A stretch of 63,993 nucleotides of DNA, counting the filler, from Basidiobolus ranarum (taxonomy: Eukaryota), in NCBI GenBank assembly GCA_040143965.1. It is 6 parts of 6 records of this genome, joined end to end, with 100 filler letters (N's around TTAATTAATTAA, not from the genome) between each part and the next. Parts side by side here need not be neighbours in the genome. Positions count along the whole stretch, not along the records: positions 32,378 to 43,057 come from JASJQH010007554.1; positions 43,158 to 53,833 come from JASJQH010007555.1; 4 more parts are not named here. One strand, given 5' to 3'. Position 1 is the first letter of the stretch; each line of letters opens with the position of its first letter. The notes under the pieces are model-generated. The model did not search any database, was not told the DNA's origin, and was given only the letters and a program-made list of their open reading frames with translations. The translations under genes were made by a program, and so were the position numbers. Of the stretch, positions 37,837-49,981 are shown piece after piece.

Positions 37837-40800
37837 AGTGATGAAAAGTGATACTATTGATGTGGTGTACTTTCTGATATGTTGGCCATGGCCGTTTCTC
37901 TTATATAGGAGTGAAAGCCGAATCTACTCCGATAATCACGCTATCTTAGCCCTGCAACCACTTATAGGATTCATAATGTGATACAGCACATAAATCAAGC
38001 TTAACCATTAAAGTTAATAATGTGCATCTATAACCATTGTCGCAAAAACAAATCTTTTAGCAGATTCTCCCAAAACAATGATCGCAATAATAACATGCAC
38101 CGTGACACACAGGTTACAACTTGCTCTGATTTGAAATTCCCCATGCGTCTGCTTATGGATTTGGACGATGAATTGCTTGGAGTAATCCATCCGCTGAAAT
38201 AAAATACCCATTTTACTTCATTGCCTCTTGACGCGGCTATTGGTATCGTACCTTAGAACATTGGGCTGGTTGGGTAGAGGACTGCATCTTATCGGGCTTC
38301 GCATGGTGCTACCAATGGTCAATCGGACGCTGCTACTTGAAATCTTGGCAAACCAGGATGGGATAAAGCTAAGCCAACACTTACTACGACTCGGAGTTCG
38401 ATTTGAATCTACTTGCACATAATCAAGTGAATAGGAAGAAGGGGCCAATAAAACTTCCGGCCTTTTTTCTTTCTCATCTGAGGGAAATCTCTTGGAGTCT
38501 CCTTCCGGAAATCATCCGAATCACAGCGATCTTTTCTAAATAATCGCAATTCTTATCCAACCATATCCCAAATTCCTTAATTTAGACCATATTAATACTG
38601 TTTCACATTAAAATACTAGCTGAATTGATCCTCTATCTGGACCAATCTAGAGCACATGACCAATCCAGCCGAGTTGGCCGAGCCATTTCGGCGTCCATTC
38701 TTGGCATTCTTCGGCCACTCCGGTACAGATAAGTATTATTGTGAAAATGAGGGTTGTCAACACTACTGCGATTAATCAGTAGTTTCAGAGGAGCCGCAGC
38801 TAATTGGAGAGCTATGCTGTTACACCTACTCTATTGCTATGGTCCTCTTAGGGTTCATACCTGATTATGTCACGAACTTTAGTGGTTCACAAAGTACTCT
38901 CCCGGAGGTGGATGGGTTGAAATACAGGATCGGGGCTTTCGAACAGTTACATTGAAAGAGATAGTGCATCTCTGATCCAACCAATTTTCAAAGTAAATCT
39001 GATGTTACGTTGTGGAAATATTTTGGTTCCCCGTGAGACTGCTGAACGTTTATTTCAATCCCTTGCTGGCAATGTTATTGTTTGCGAGTTTAAGAGAGAC
39101 AGTTTGCAACATTAGTTGCATGTTACAATGCAAATTACCAGGCAAACTTGGCTCACTAATCATCGATGGATATGCAGCAAGCTGCATCAAGCACTATCTC
39201 TATTTAGCATTCTTGTGTCCCTAAACCAAAGAGGAATAGAGCCAGTAATCAAGTGAGACTTCGATAACAACTTGCTGCTTCTAGGTATTTTGAACCATTT
39301 CTCTAGACTCTTTAAACGGGTTTTTAGCATCGAAATGGTTCCTCAAAACGTTTTCAGTTCACTGATAATTAATAAAGTGGAGCTTTGTGGACGTCATCCA
39401 AACATATATTGCGTGCATCAAAAAGAGGAAGTCTATTTCAGTATATTCTGTACATTATCATAGAGTTAGGAATGATCAGTCTGATATGAGGGCAAACAGT
39501 AAGGCTGTGACAGTGATTCTTGGGGCTAGGGGCAACATACTCCTGGTGGAAGTTTAACAGTACGAAAGGCTGTAGGCTTGATATTAGCAATCAGTAACAT
39601 TATTGAGTATTCTAGATAGCTTGGAAGTGTTTTAGCGTCCATAAAAAGTTGAGAATAGCTCAAGCATGGCTATTAAAGCTCACTTGGTTCGAAATGCACT
39701 TAAAGACTATTCGATCCATACCGAAATAAAATTAAGCATCAGTCCAAGTAGTTCGTGATCATAATGTATCTCAAGTGTTACAAGGCCCAGGAAGTACTCT
39801 TAGAATCAATATGCTTAATACGTGTTTCTTGCAAGTTGTGAAATTTATACATATTATATGGATCACTCTTGGTATATGTTCGCTGGTTTAAGAAGATTTG
39901 ATATGCGATGGGCAGGTTTATCTATATCTAGCGTTGGAAGAGAAGTATAGTACGGATCAATTGCTGGTCGGAACATAAGCCATAACATTGGGGTGAATTT
40001 TAGATCACTTCCGGATTCATGCTTAGATATTGGCGGTACCACCCAACGTAACCACTGAGGGTGCAATTACATGTATACGCATCTGGCTGTTTGTGACATA
40101 GAAAAACAAGATAATGAGGGAAGACAGCCGTTAGTGATCTTTGTTGACATTTGTTTCCTTACTGTAATGGTGGATCTGAATAGATGCTCAGTACTATATA
40201 TGAACTAGCTCTAGGTTTTCGAATGAATCACCAATTTAATGAAGCCAATCAAGTATATGTTCATTAATTTATTAATGCATATGTTCTGATTTTCATTTGG
40301 GCCCTATTTGTTGCAATTTGTATTCACTCGCGCTAATAGCTGTAATATTTATAAACTGTGCTTCCAGCCAATTGAGATCCATAGGATTTTTACAGTTACA
40401 TAATTACAATATAGGTTTTCGTTGACTTTCCTGTACAAGTGAGAATAGATTTGTTAAGAGTCAATACTCGTTTCTCTGATCCCACGGATGGATATAACAT
40501 ATATTATTTCCATCTCAATGTAGTAAATGACAAATCACAAATATATTGAATTTGATTGGTTTCATGTAACTGCTTGTACGAGTGTTCCATCTACAAACCT
40601 TACACTAACTGAAAACATAAAAGTAATAATTCTCGAAGATGACAAGAGCCGCGTTGCCTTTGTTGATTTCCGCTCATCGCTAGTAACTATGAACTAAGTT
40701 TCCTGAGTTGAAGCTTAAACTCCAGGTCACAATTAAAATGTTGAACACGGTTTGTGATAGCACCGGTAGAGTATTCAGTGAATATGGAGTAGCTCCGGTC

Positions 40801-42094
40801 GGGGGCACACGGCCTATTTTAAGTGTAACTTGCCTAGGGTAATATAATTATACGATAATATATAAGGTATTAACTCACCAGACCAGTCATTCTATTAATA
40901 ACTCGGAATTATTTTGCTGGTCACTCTAGATAGTAAACTCATTCATGCATCGTGAATTTTTTATAGATTTTGCTATGCTCACCTATTTGAATACAATTAA
41001 TTTTTCATACTCTTCCTTCAAGTTTAGCTAATGGCAAATAAATTAGAAATTACTATCACAGAGTTTTCTATGATTCGTTTCTGCTATCTAGTTCAATCAG
41101 TTGGTCATTCCCTTCATTATGTGCTAATTCTAATTTGTGCTTTTGATATTCCAAATCACTGAAAAAGTTACTACGTTGAAATTATTATTAGTTAGCATAG
41201 TTGGGCAATCCTGTGTACATGCTGTTAAATGCTACATTTTTAGTTGGAAGAAATATATCATGGATATACTGGTTGTACAAGGAATGGGAAATATGCTTTC
41301 AAACTGTAATAATGCGCACAATCATCTGGTGGCCTTTCAACACATATTGAACCAGAGATAGTACTTGAGAGTTTAGTATTTACGTTAGGTGAAGAATCAA
41401 GATTCAATCCAGAGGAATCCAATGGTGGCCAAAATGTAGCAACATTTCATCAAAGACATTCTTCCATTCAGAAAATATGTCTGTTTCTTGGTTTGTGGCT
41501 AGGTATTTGTTATATCATATAAAAATATCATTTTCTTTTACAAGAAACGCTCTTTTAAATAGCAAGTGCAAAGTTATGGGGATTAAGTAGCAAACATTAC
41601 TACCACAATTCAAATTTTATCTTTCACCTCAAATACATTATATATCATTTTTCAGGGATAGCTATACATATATCAAGCAACAAGGTTGGGTTCTGACTAT
41701 CACCATGAGTGGATATGTTGTGGAAATATGGGCTTTTTTGAGGAACTTGAGAGAATAGATTTGTGATTGCCTTGTGAGATAATTTATTGATTAGACATAA
41801 ATAATTCATACCTATTGGTTGCTTACAGATAACCATAAATGTGGTGATGCTCACAGCATATATTGAAGTAAAATAAGCTATATTTGAGCACTTTGATCTG
41901 CTTTGAATATTCCAGTATGAAATTGATAATTCTCCAATGATTAGCATATGTTTTAAATATGTATCCCAGCTTTCAACTAATTTATACTCGAGTATTAATG
42001 TTAACTAACTAACATTTGAGATTTTGAGTCACTAGGTATATAAGGATAGAAGGAAACAAAAAGATGGACAACAAAGTTACAATGATAAACTGGT

Positions 42095-42290
42095 TGTTAA
42101 AAGTCACATACCTTGAGCACCCATATTGTCATATAATTAGCTATCTAGATTCCCTATTTTACTAAATAATACTTTATATTGAGCTCACTTACTGTAATCC
42201 TACCAACTGTGTATTATGATGATGAGCTATTGTTTTCAAAGTTGTTCCAGAGATACTGAATTTTGTACACATGCTCCTAAAAGCCACCAC
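42095..42290 (+). mobile_element. Degenerate partial copia family A-like LTR
   Basis: TGTTAAAAGTCACATACCTTGAGCACCCATATTGTCATATAATTAGC...TTTTGTACACATGCTCCT resembles the family A LTR 5' half. Confidence 0.5.
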
Positions 42291-42316
42291 TTCTGCTTGT
42301 TATCCAAGTCACTTTA

Positions 42317-43057
42317 TGTTAGATAATTAATCTTTATTCAACATCATAGTTAACTTTAGTTATGATACATACATCAGAAACAGAAAGCAACATATCTATA
42401 GCCCCTATATTCTAAATAGGAATATCTCTATATCTATATAACAAGTATGTCTTATTACCCCCTCTTATCTATTATATCTTATTACACAAACTCTTGAATA
42501 TCTCAAACAATTGATTTACTTTTCTACTACATAGGTCACCATATACTCTTAAGAATAAAGTAACTAAAACACATTATCATAAGTTGCTTCTAATACTCAA
42601 AGTCTACCCCCATTGTGTCAAGATCCTCCAACATGGTAGCCGCGAGTGAATTAGAGTCTTCTTCCCAAAAGGAGATTACTAATATTCCAACATTCAATGG
42701 AGAAGATTTCCATGAATGGAAATTCAAGAATGCATGGGAAATCCTGGTAGAACATCATGAGCAAAAAGGGCTTGCTCACTTGATGATGCTATGAAGAAAA
42801 TTCTTAAACTCTGAAATGTCTGAGGATTCAGATATTATGACATATGTAAATGGTGTCAAGAAACTTGCCTAACAACTGGAATCAGTGAACTATGAAGTAC
42901 CTGAAATGGATATAATTCTTACCATAATCAATGGTCTCCCTGAATCATATTCAGCCCTTGTACTCACTTTGGAAGCAATTGGGGATAAGCTTACTCAGCA
43001 TTATCTGATCTCTCATCTATGTCAAGAAGAATTTAAAAGGAAAGACAAAAGTCAGCT
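42317..43057 (+). mobile_element. Ty1/copia element 5' end (family B): LTR, primer-binding site and disrupted gag
   Basis: Probable LTR TGTTAGA(42317)...CCAACA(42633), then PBS TGGTAGCCGC (initiator-tRNA type). Gag reads MVAASE...IPTFNGEDFHEWKFK then AWEILVEHHE...LML*RKF...IINGLPESYSALVLTLE (UBN2-like), with two stops and an internal deletion. Confidence 0.85.
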
Positions 43058-43157
43058 NNNNNNNNNNNNNNNNNNNNNNNNNNNNNNNNNNNNNNNNNNN
43101 NTTAATTAATTAANNNNNNNNNNNNNNNNNNNNNNNNNNNNNNNNNNNNNNNNNNNN
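43058..43157. other. Artificial contig linker
   Basis: N44-TTAATTAATTAA-N44. Confidence 0.98.
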
Positions 43158-43506
43158 CGTAGCAGGAGCAAAAGTATATAATACGGTAGGTGAACCAGAA
43201 AATAAACAGGGTAAACGTGTTGTTCGCTATGCCTTAATTATTCAGATGCCTGGCATGCTTCTCCGGATAGAATAGGGATGACTTCTATGCCAAGTATCAG
43301 ATAGAATGAAAACCAAAATTTTAATGATATGAATCTGGGGAATTCAGTTAAAAGTCATGGACACAGCAACAGATATCAAATTTTCTGTACCTATGACATA
43401 CAAACATATCAAACAAAGCAGATATTGAGTAGGGAATGTATTCAAGACAAAACATCTAATATAGGGAAATTGTGTAGGGAATTAGAATCATCTAGTTCAC
43501 AATGAG

Positions 43507-45048
43507 CTAACCACGAATTGGTGCAATCCCAATCCGTTTATTGTCCGCGTCAAAAGCTACATAATTGAACTCGAACCAGTTAAGTCCAATAACCCAAGCC
43601 TAAACAAAGACACCTTAGTTTATAAACAATTTTTAATCCCAACGAAAGAAAACTTACCCCTGGGGTTTCTTGGATACCGGAATAACATAACTCAGGGTCA
43701 ACTGAGCTTCTCTTAGCAGTAGGAAGCATAGTTCCAGGGATACTGAACCGTCTTCCAGAAAAAATGAAACTTACATCATTCACTGGTGTGCCTTCACATG
43801 GTATATACCAGCCCCTTCTTCTAACATACGTAGCACCATTGATATTCGCATGGACAGCGGCGGCAATGTTGGAGCCAATTGTAATCAAAGCTGAGCCAGA
43901 GTCAATAACTATGGGCTTCATAGCTTCGATTACGCTGGAACCTACCTGTATACCTTCTAAACGTATCTGCCACCCATGCTGGCCACGAAAAAGTGGTGAA
44001 AACGATAGATTTCCGTAATAATGGCTTCTATCATAGTATCCGAAAGTGAACTCTGCAAGTGAGTTATTGCGCGGCAGGTAGACACCAAATGACGCCCTGG
44101 TAATTGGCCGTTGCTTTTGAATAGTTTCTATAGGAGGTGCTATATCTGAAATGAACCATTTTCTTGATAAGCAATAGAAAGGTTGGGTTTATAGAATATT
44201 GATTGAACTCATACTATTGACGGTATCTACTCTAAGCCCCAACCCGAAAAGTCCATCAATAGGTTCTCTTGCATAAGCAGCAGATATACTAGTTGCTACA
44301 GCAATGGTTTGATCGCGTATGGTAAGCCCGCCAATACCGACTGCGTCCTATAGTTATAAACACAGTCTATTAGTTTCTCAATTTCGCTTAAACAGGGAAT
44401 ACTCTCAACCAACTTACAATTCCTTGAAAACCGGAGGCGTAAGAGCCGTCGGCGTATCTTATCTCCCATGGGGTATTGTCAACTTTGTAAGTAGTTGACT
44501 TGTCTTTATCAAAACGTCTAGGTTTTGATGAACAATATTGATTTCTACAGGATTTACTCACCACCCATACATCTGCGGATCCAGTGTCCATAAATAAGCG
44601 AAAAGTTTGTTTCGGATATCCAAGGGAAACCTCACAATAGTACTAAAGAGGAGTTCAGGAACCATTCTTAATGGATGAATATACATATACGTGGTAATAT
44701 TTACCGCACTAAAGGGCCCGTTATTATAGAAGAACGCTTTTGCTCTGCCATATTGACCTGTATTAGAAGGCGCTGATGTCTGATCACTTATTGATTTCGG
44801 ATCTGACTCTGGGGAGGGCTGTTGAGACTCTTCTGATGGATTTAAAGCGAAATTTTCCAGAGGCTCTCCAAGAGGTAAACCCAATAGAGCTCTAGCCCGT
44901 AAATTTCCTGCACCGTGACCACTTTAGAAATGGTTAGAATAAGCTTTGTGAAGTTCAAACAATTAGAAGAAACAACATACTATGCTGAAGCTCGACTGTA
45001 CACTCCCAAAATCAAAGAAATAACATAAAGTTTGCCTGAAATCCTCAT
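43507..45048 (-). CDS. Secreted pepsin-like aspartic protease (peptidase A1), multi-exon
   Basis: Signal peptide MRISGKLYVISLILGV. YYCEVSLGYPKQTFRLFMDTGSADVWV, IRYADGS, DGLFGLG, VIDSGSALI, C-terminal WVIGLNWFEFNYVAFDADNKRIGIA. Both catalytic Asp present. Confidence 0.92.
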
Positions 45049-46592
45049 ATTGATCTTATGATGGGTGTTCAGGTGAATTATGCTTTTGAGAGAGGATATT
45101 AGTGAGCACTTCTTAGCCTTTAAACATCGATGAACCCAACACTATATAGTAAATCTAGACCTTTTACTCATGGTCTGTCTCTTGAAAATTCCGTCTCATC
45201 TACCTCCCGCTTGAAGCTCCGATATATTCCCGCAGGGCAGGATCGAGGTGTAACAAATCCGATTGGAAAATCAAATGATCGACACTTGGATGCAACCCCA
45301 CCTTTGCCGATGAAACAAAAAAATCAAACATTCAAAAGCGGAAACATTCATCAACTGACACTCTGTAATAGCAGTCTGCGCTAGATAAAAGATGATAATG
45401 CTTTACTAGTACTTCCTTTGAGCTAGCTTGTCGCATAATTAAAAGGATTGTGTACTTTTGTTGAAGTGAGAAGATTCCCCTTAATGAGAATCAAAAATTA
45501 CACTCTTTGGACAAGTATAAATTTTACCTAATCATAATGAAAACATATCTAAAAACGCGATTACCTTAGGATAGAGTTCTGTTGAGGCCTATAGATTTTT
45601 AGTTCATTAATTAGAAGTATCTACTTGTTTTGTATTTGGTCATAAAACGACGAGCATTGCCTACATTTTAACTTTTCAAAAAAGACAGCACCAATGGGGC
45701 ATTCAAAATGTACCAAGATATCTAATACACTTATTGTCCGGGTGATATTGCGGTAAAATATATTAGTCTCGCTAACAAATCGATCTTTTCAACCACTATT
45801 ATATATATGCCATATTTGAGAATACTAAATTGTACTTTGAGTATCGAATTATTCACTAGGTTAACCCTAACCCTGGATCTAATAGATTCTTGCTATCACA
45901 AATGCATCACCTTGTCTTTCTGACTTAAGTATTCTCTAATTTGGGACCACTGCAACACTGTTATGGGTGCGGGGACCGAATTTAGAATCGTAGATATCCC
46001 AATTTTCGTTGAGACAGAAGTCGGCAAGTTTGAGGATTTGATCGTCGGAGAAGAGATTAATTTCCATGGAATGTTTTGGCGAAAATGAGTTTGATTCTTA
46101 AGCAACACTTCTGAGATGTATTCGTTCCCCCCTACTACATATTTTGGGGCTGTGACAAACAGAGGAGTGACTCATGTTTCTTGTGCTTACTCACATTCTG
46201 TTTTAGAATTTTGTGCATCTCAAGTACGTACAAGAGCTGTGATGTTGCGGCCTACTTGTTCTAAACAGAACAAACGTTGTTGCACAACATATGCTACAAG
46301 TCATCATCATCCAGTGAAAATATAGAAGAGATTCCGTTGTCACCAGCAGCAGTTATATTATAGGGATTATGATTTCGGGCCATCAATTCACGATGCCCTT
46401 TTTCTGATATTCATGCTATTGGAAATAGGAAGCAAGTGAAAGAAAATTATTGATGAAAAAAATGGTATTATTTTTATAGCTAGTTTACTTGGAAGCAACA
46501 TTATCAAGCTAAAACATTTCATTATAATTATCATGTATTTACCTATTATAAGACAATCCCTAAATGTAATCTCAAATCATTGACTATTTACA

Positions 46593-47952
46593 TTATTGTT
46601 CACAGTCGTAGCTATCAAGTTCAGTAGTGGTAGGATTCCTCAGGGGGGTATACCAGGGCAAAGTAGTAAAGCACTCTCTTTCGCACTTCATGAGTCGCCA
46701 ATATTTCTTGATGAGAAGTAATGAGATAACAATAAGGATGGCCACCAGTGGCCATATCCATACAAACCATCCGCTAGTGTAAAATGTAAATCGATACTGT
46801 TCCCATTTACCCACATGGCATGTGTTGTCCACTTCCAGTATTCTATGATTGCTTAGCCAGCCCTCAACTCCATTGCCACGTGTATCGTTGTCGTGTAGCG
46901 TTTTGCACATTTTGCACATGGCAGAGCGCTCACTATAATCCTTGTTCACCCAGGTATTTGTGAAATTTTCGGATAAAGGCTCACCAAACTTGTACGAAAA
47001 ATATTCCTTATATGCTGTGTCGTTATTCGCTAAATACAACAAGCGTTGAGCTAGTGCTTGCAGGTTGCCAAACTCGTCTATTTTTATGATTGAATGATTG
47101 GTAGGGGCGTACATACTGTAATCATCCGGTCCATCTACCACAGGTACAGTGGTACTAAGTAACGAATTCCAAAATTTCTCGCTAACAAACTCATCACAAC
47201 TAGAATTCTCTAGGGCCAGATAGAATTTGTACTTCGATATCACCTGATGAATATCATCATCTCCGGGCCAAGCCTTGTTTCGAAATGGGGCATAGTTTCC
47301 ATAAATATCGATTTTTATATATTTTTGTAACTCTCTGACCATGTAGTGACGCCTATTTGTGGCCTCTGAACTGCTTACAATCCATGCTACATGGACATCT
47401 TTCTTCTTGTTTTCCGTAATCTCCTCAAACTTGTGTTGGACTGAATCTTCTCCACCGAATCAGAAGGAATATAGGGGATTGGAAAGTCTGAATTCAACTT
47501 GTACTCCATCCGATAGGTAAATAGTCGTAATAAGGCAGGGTTCAATTCCCAATTCTCATTTATAGGAGATTCGTTAGAGTGAAGAACCCAGGGCAGGTCC
47601 CACACTGGGTTGTCTGAGTTCGGTGGAAAAGTTATTTTACGATGCTTCTTACGTTGAATGTCCGAAGAATGAAACATTACAGCTTTTGCAGTCCCATTTT
47701 TGAGGAATGTATCTTTGTGAGAAATGGTACATGTGTATGCCAGGTTGCAATAGTCTATTTTGTGCTCTTCGTATTTGTCTGTGCCGTAGTACTTTGTATA
47801 GTAGTAAATTGGAATAGTCTCTGCAGCCATTGATGTTAGTATTTTGCTTTGGAGGTCGTGTTTGCAAACCGTCGAAACTTGATTTATGTATGAGAGATAC
47901 TTATTCCCAATAAACTGAAGGTAATTGGATGCCTCGGAAACAAGAATGGCAT
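46593..47952 (-). CDS. GT10 alpha-1,3/4-fucosyltransferase with C-terminal TM helix; carries an apparent 1-bp frameshift near 47440 (pseudogene or sequence error)
   Basis: AVMFH, PWVLHSNESP, FTYRMEYKLNSDFPIPY; after the frame change VAWIVS...RRHYMVRELQKYIKIDIYG and the GT10 motif YKFYLALENSSCDEFVSEKFWNSL...VPVVDG. The 5' end is tentative: ATG 47952 with intron 47900-47821 (ACTAAC branch point, CAG acceptor). Confidence 0.85.
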
Positions 47953-49981
47953 TGGTCAGATCAGGGTAATTACTCTGCTTTTTGCGATGTTCTGTGGCCC
48001 ATAAGTTGGCACAAAAACTGGTATCATACGGAGCCATTGGAAGCCATTACACTGTAAAAACCAATGAAATGGCATTGACGCCATTTCCAAATGTAATATC
48101 CTAATATAGTATTCAATTAGACTGTCTAGTGCTTCTGGTTCGAATCAGAATCAGTTATCGTAGAGGGAAATCAAGGTTCAAATAACCAATGTGCATCTTC
48201 ATAATTGTAGCTCCTGCGTAACATATTGTGTGTTTACAGTCAGGGTATTATATATCCTGGAAAATTAGTTACATGGATTGGTCATAAAGAAGCCTATTTT
48301 CAGTATTGTAAAGTTGCATATTCTCCAAATTCCCAGCAAATGCACTAATATGAGAAATGGTGTCATAATGTAGTTGGGATAGTGTTGGTGAACGCAGGTA
48401 CCTGATGATCAATCCATTTATACTCTGCAAGTATGACATCATATTACGAGCTTTTGAAGATTTGTAGAGGTATTCATGTTTAGGATATTGTCCAATGCTT
48501 ACTTCCAAATTAAGAATTTAGACTTGAGGTTAATGATTTTACACAAATCTTGGGAAGGAAGTTTCATTTCTTGTGCAACTATGGCTTCGTCATTTTTAGG
48601 TATCTCGACTTGCAGTTTGCATGAGAGCCATTAGCATATTGAGTTAGGAGCTATCCAGATACAGATCATGAGTTGGGTTTTTTATTGCTTGTAGAAAACA
48701 CATATAGGGATTTACGTATATGGGATCCCAAGAAACTTAAAGTAGAATTAATCCCAGTATTTGAGGTGATTTGGATCTAGCACTTGAGAGATTCAGGATC
48801 TTGTTACCAATGGCAGTTCAAAGATTTAAGCTGTTACAAATACTCATAACCAGTGCCCCTCGAAGTTACACAAGCTCCACGAGATGCCAATAGCTACCCA
48901 ATATCAATGAGTTGTGCCTATGATGTCTGGCTTTTTGATCATCTATGAGTATGGAGATATTACAAATGGTAGTAAGATTACATTCTCAGTGAAACATTAT
49001 TGGGTCACTTTCCGGTTTCGAACCTTGCGCTTACCTTGCTCAAGTATGTTCTTTGCTTTGAACATCGTCTATGACGCACTTTGCTGATCAAGGCCGAGGT
49101 CTGGTTAGATAACGAACATATTAACTATATGCACATACTCAGTTTGGATTTCATATGTATTTGTCTAATTAAGTCACCATCCTTTCTGCTGTTACTCTGG
49201 CCTTAATCGTGCTGTATTGTGTATGATGGCGGTTATGCAAATTTAGTAAAAGATATTTCTCGGATGTTTGTAACTGTAATATGTTCTCAGATCATTATAG
49301 ATACCTGTTGATCTCTATAATTTCCTTCTCATGGTATCTTCCTGGTAATCAATAGATCACGCTCTCTTTCGAAACATACACTTGGACAGTGAATAGTCAC
49401 ACATCAAACTTGGCACATGAAATATGTCACACCGATACAAAATAAACTGTGTGCGTCCCAAGTGGGAAAGTAAATAACTATATCTGAGAATCAATATCAC
49501 CAACACCAATTAGCTTCTCAACCTGTAAGAAAACTTTAATGGGTCAGACTATAGTTGACTTGTGCGTTGTATGGCAATAATGAAGATGTGCTGTAAATAT
49601 TGTCAATATGGTTCCTTTGAAAGCCATTGTCAATATAGGCCGTGTGTTATGTTGAGTAAGATTGTTACGGCATTTATCTTTCAGTGAGTGCTAGATCTAC
49701 GGCACTAACGATTCACACAAGTGTTGAAAAAAAGTTCTATTCGCCATTAGCACAAAAGTGGAATTTATAAGGCGCTGTTACTACATCTGGCCAACGACAT
49801 TGGTTGAATAGCACTCGATCTACATTCAATTTCTATCTGTAAAACTTCATTGTACTTCGTGTGTGACTGCAAAGAAATAGATGCTGCCTGTATAACCCGA
49901 ATGGTAAACAGTCAGGTCTATAAATTACTCACATCTGTCTTGGTATATTGCCGCCTAGTCGATGCTTGTGCTCTCGCCAAT

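Noticed and set aside
48130-48155. GGTTCGAATC as a tRNA T-loop
   Set aside because: No surrounding cloverleaf stems or A-box could be found.
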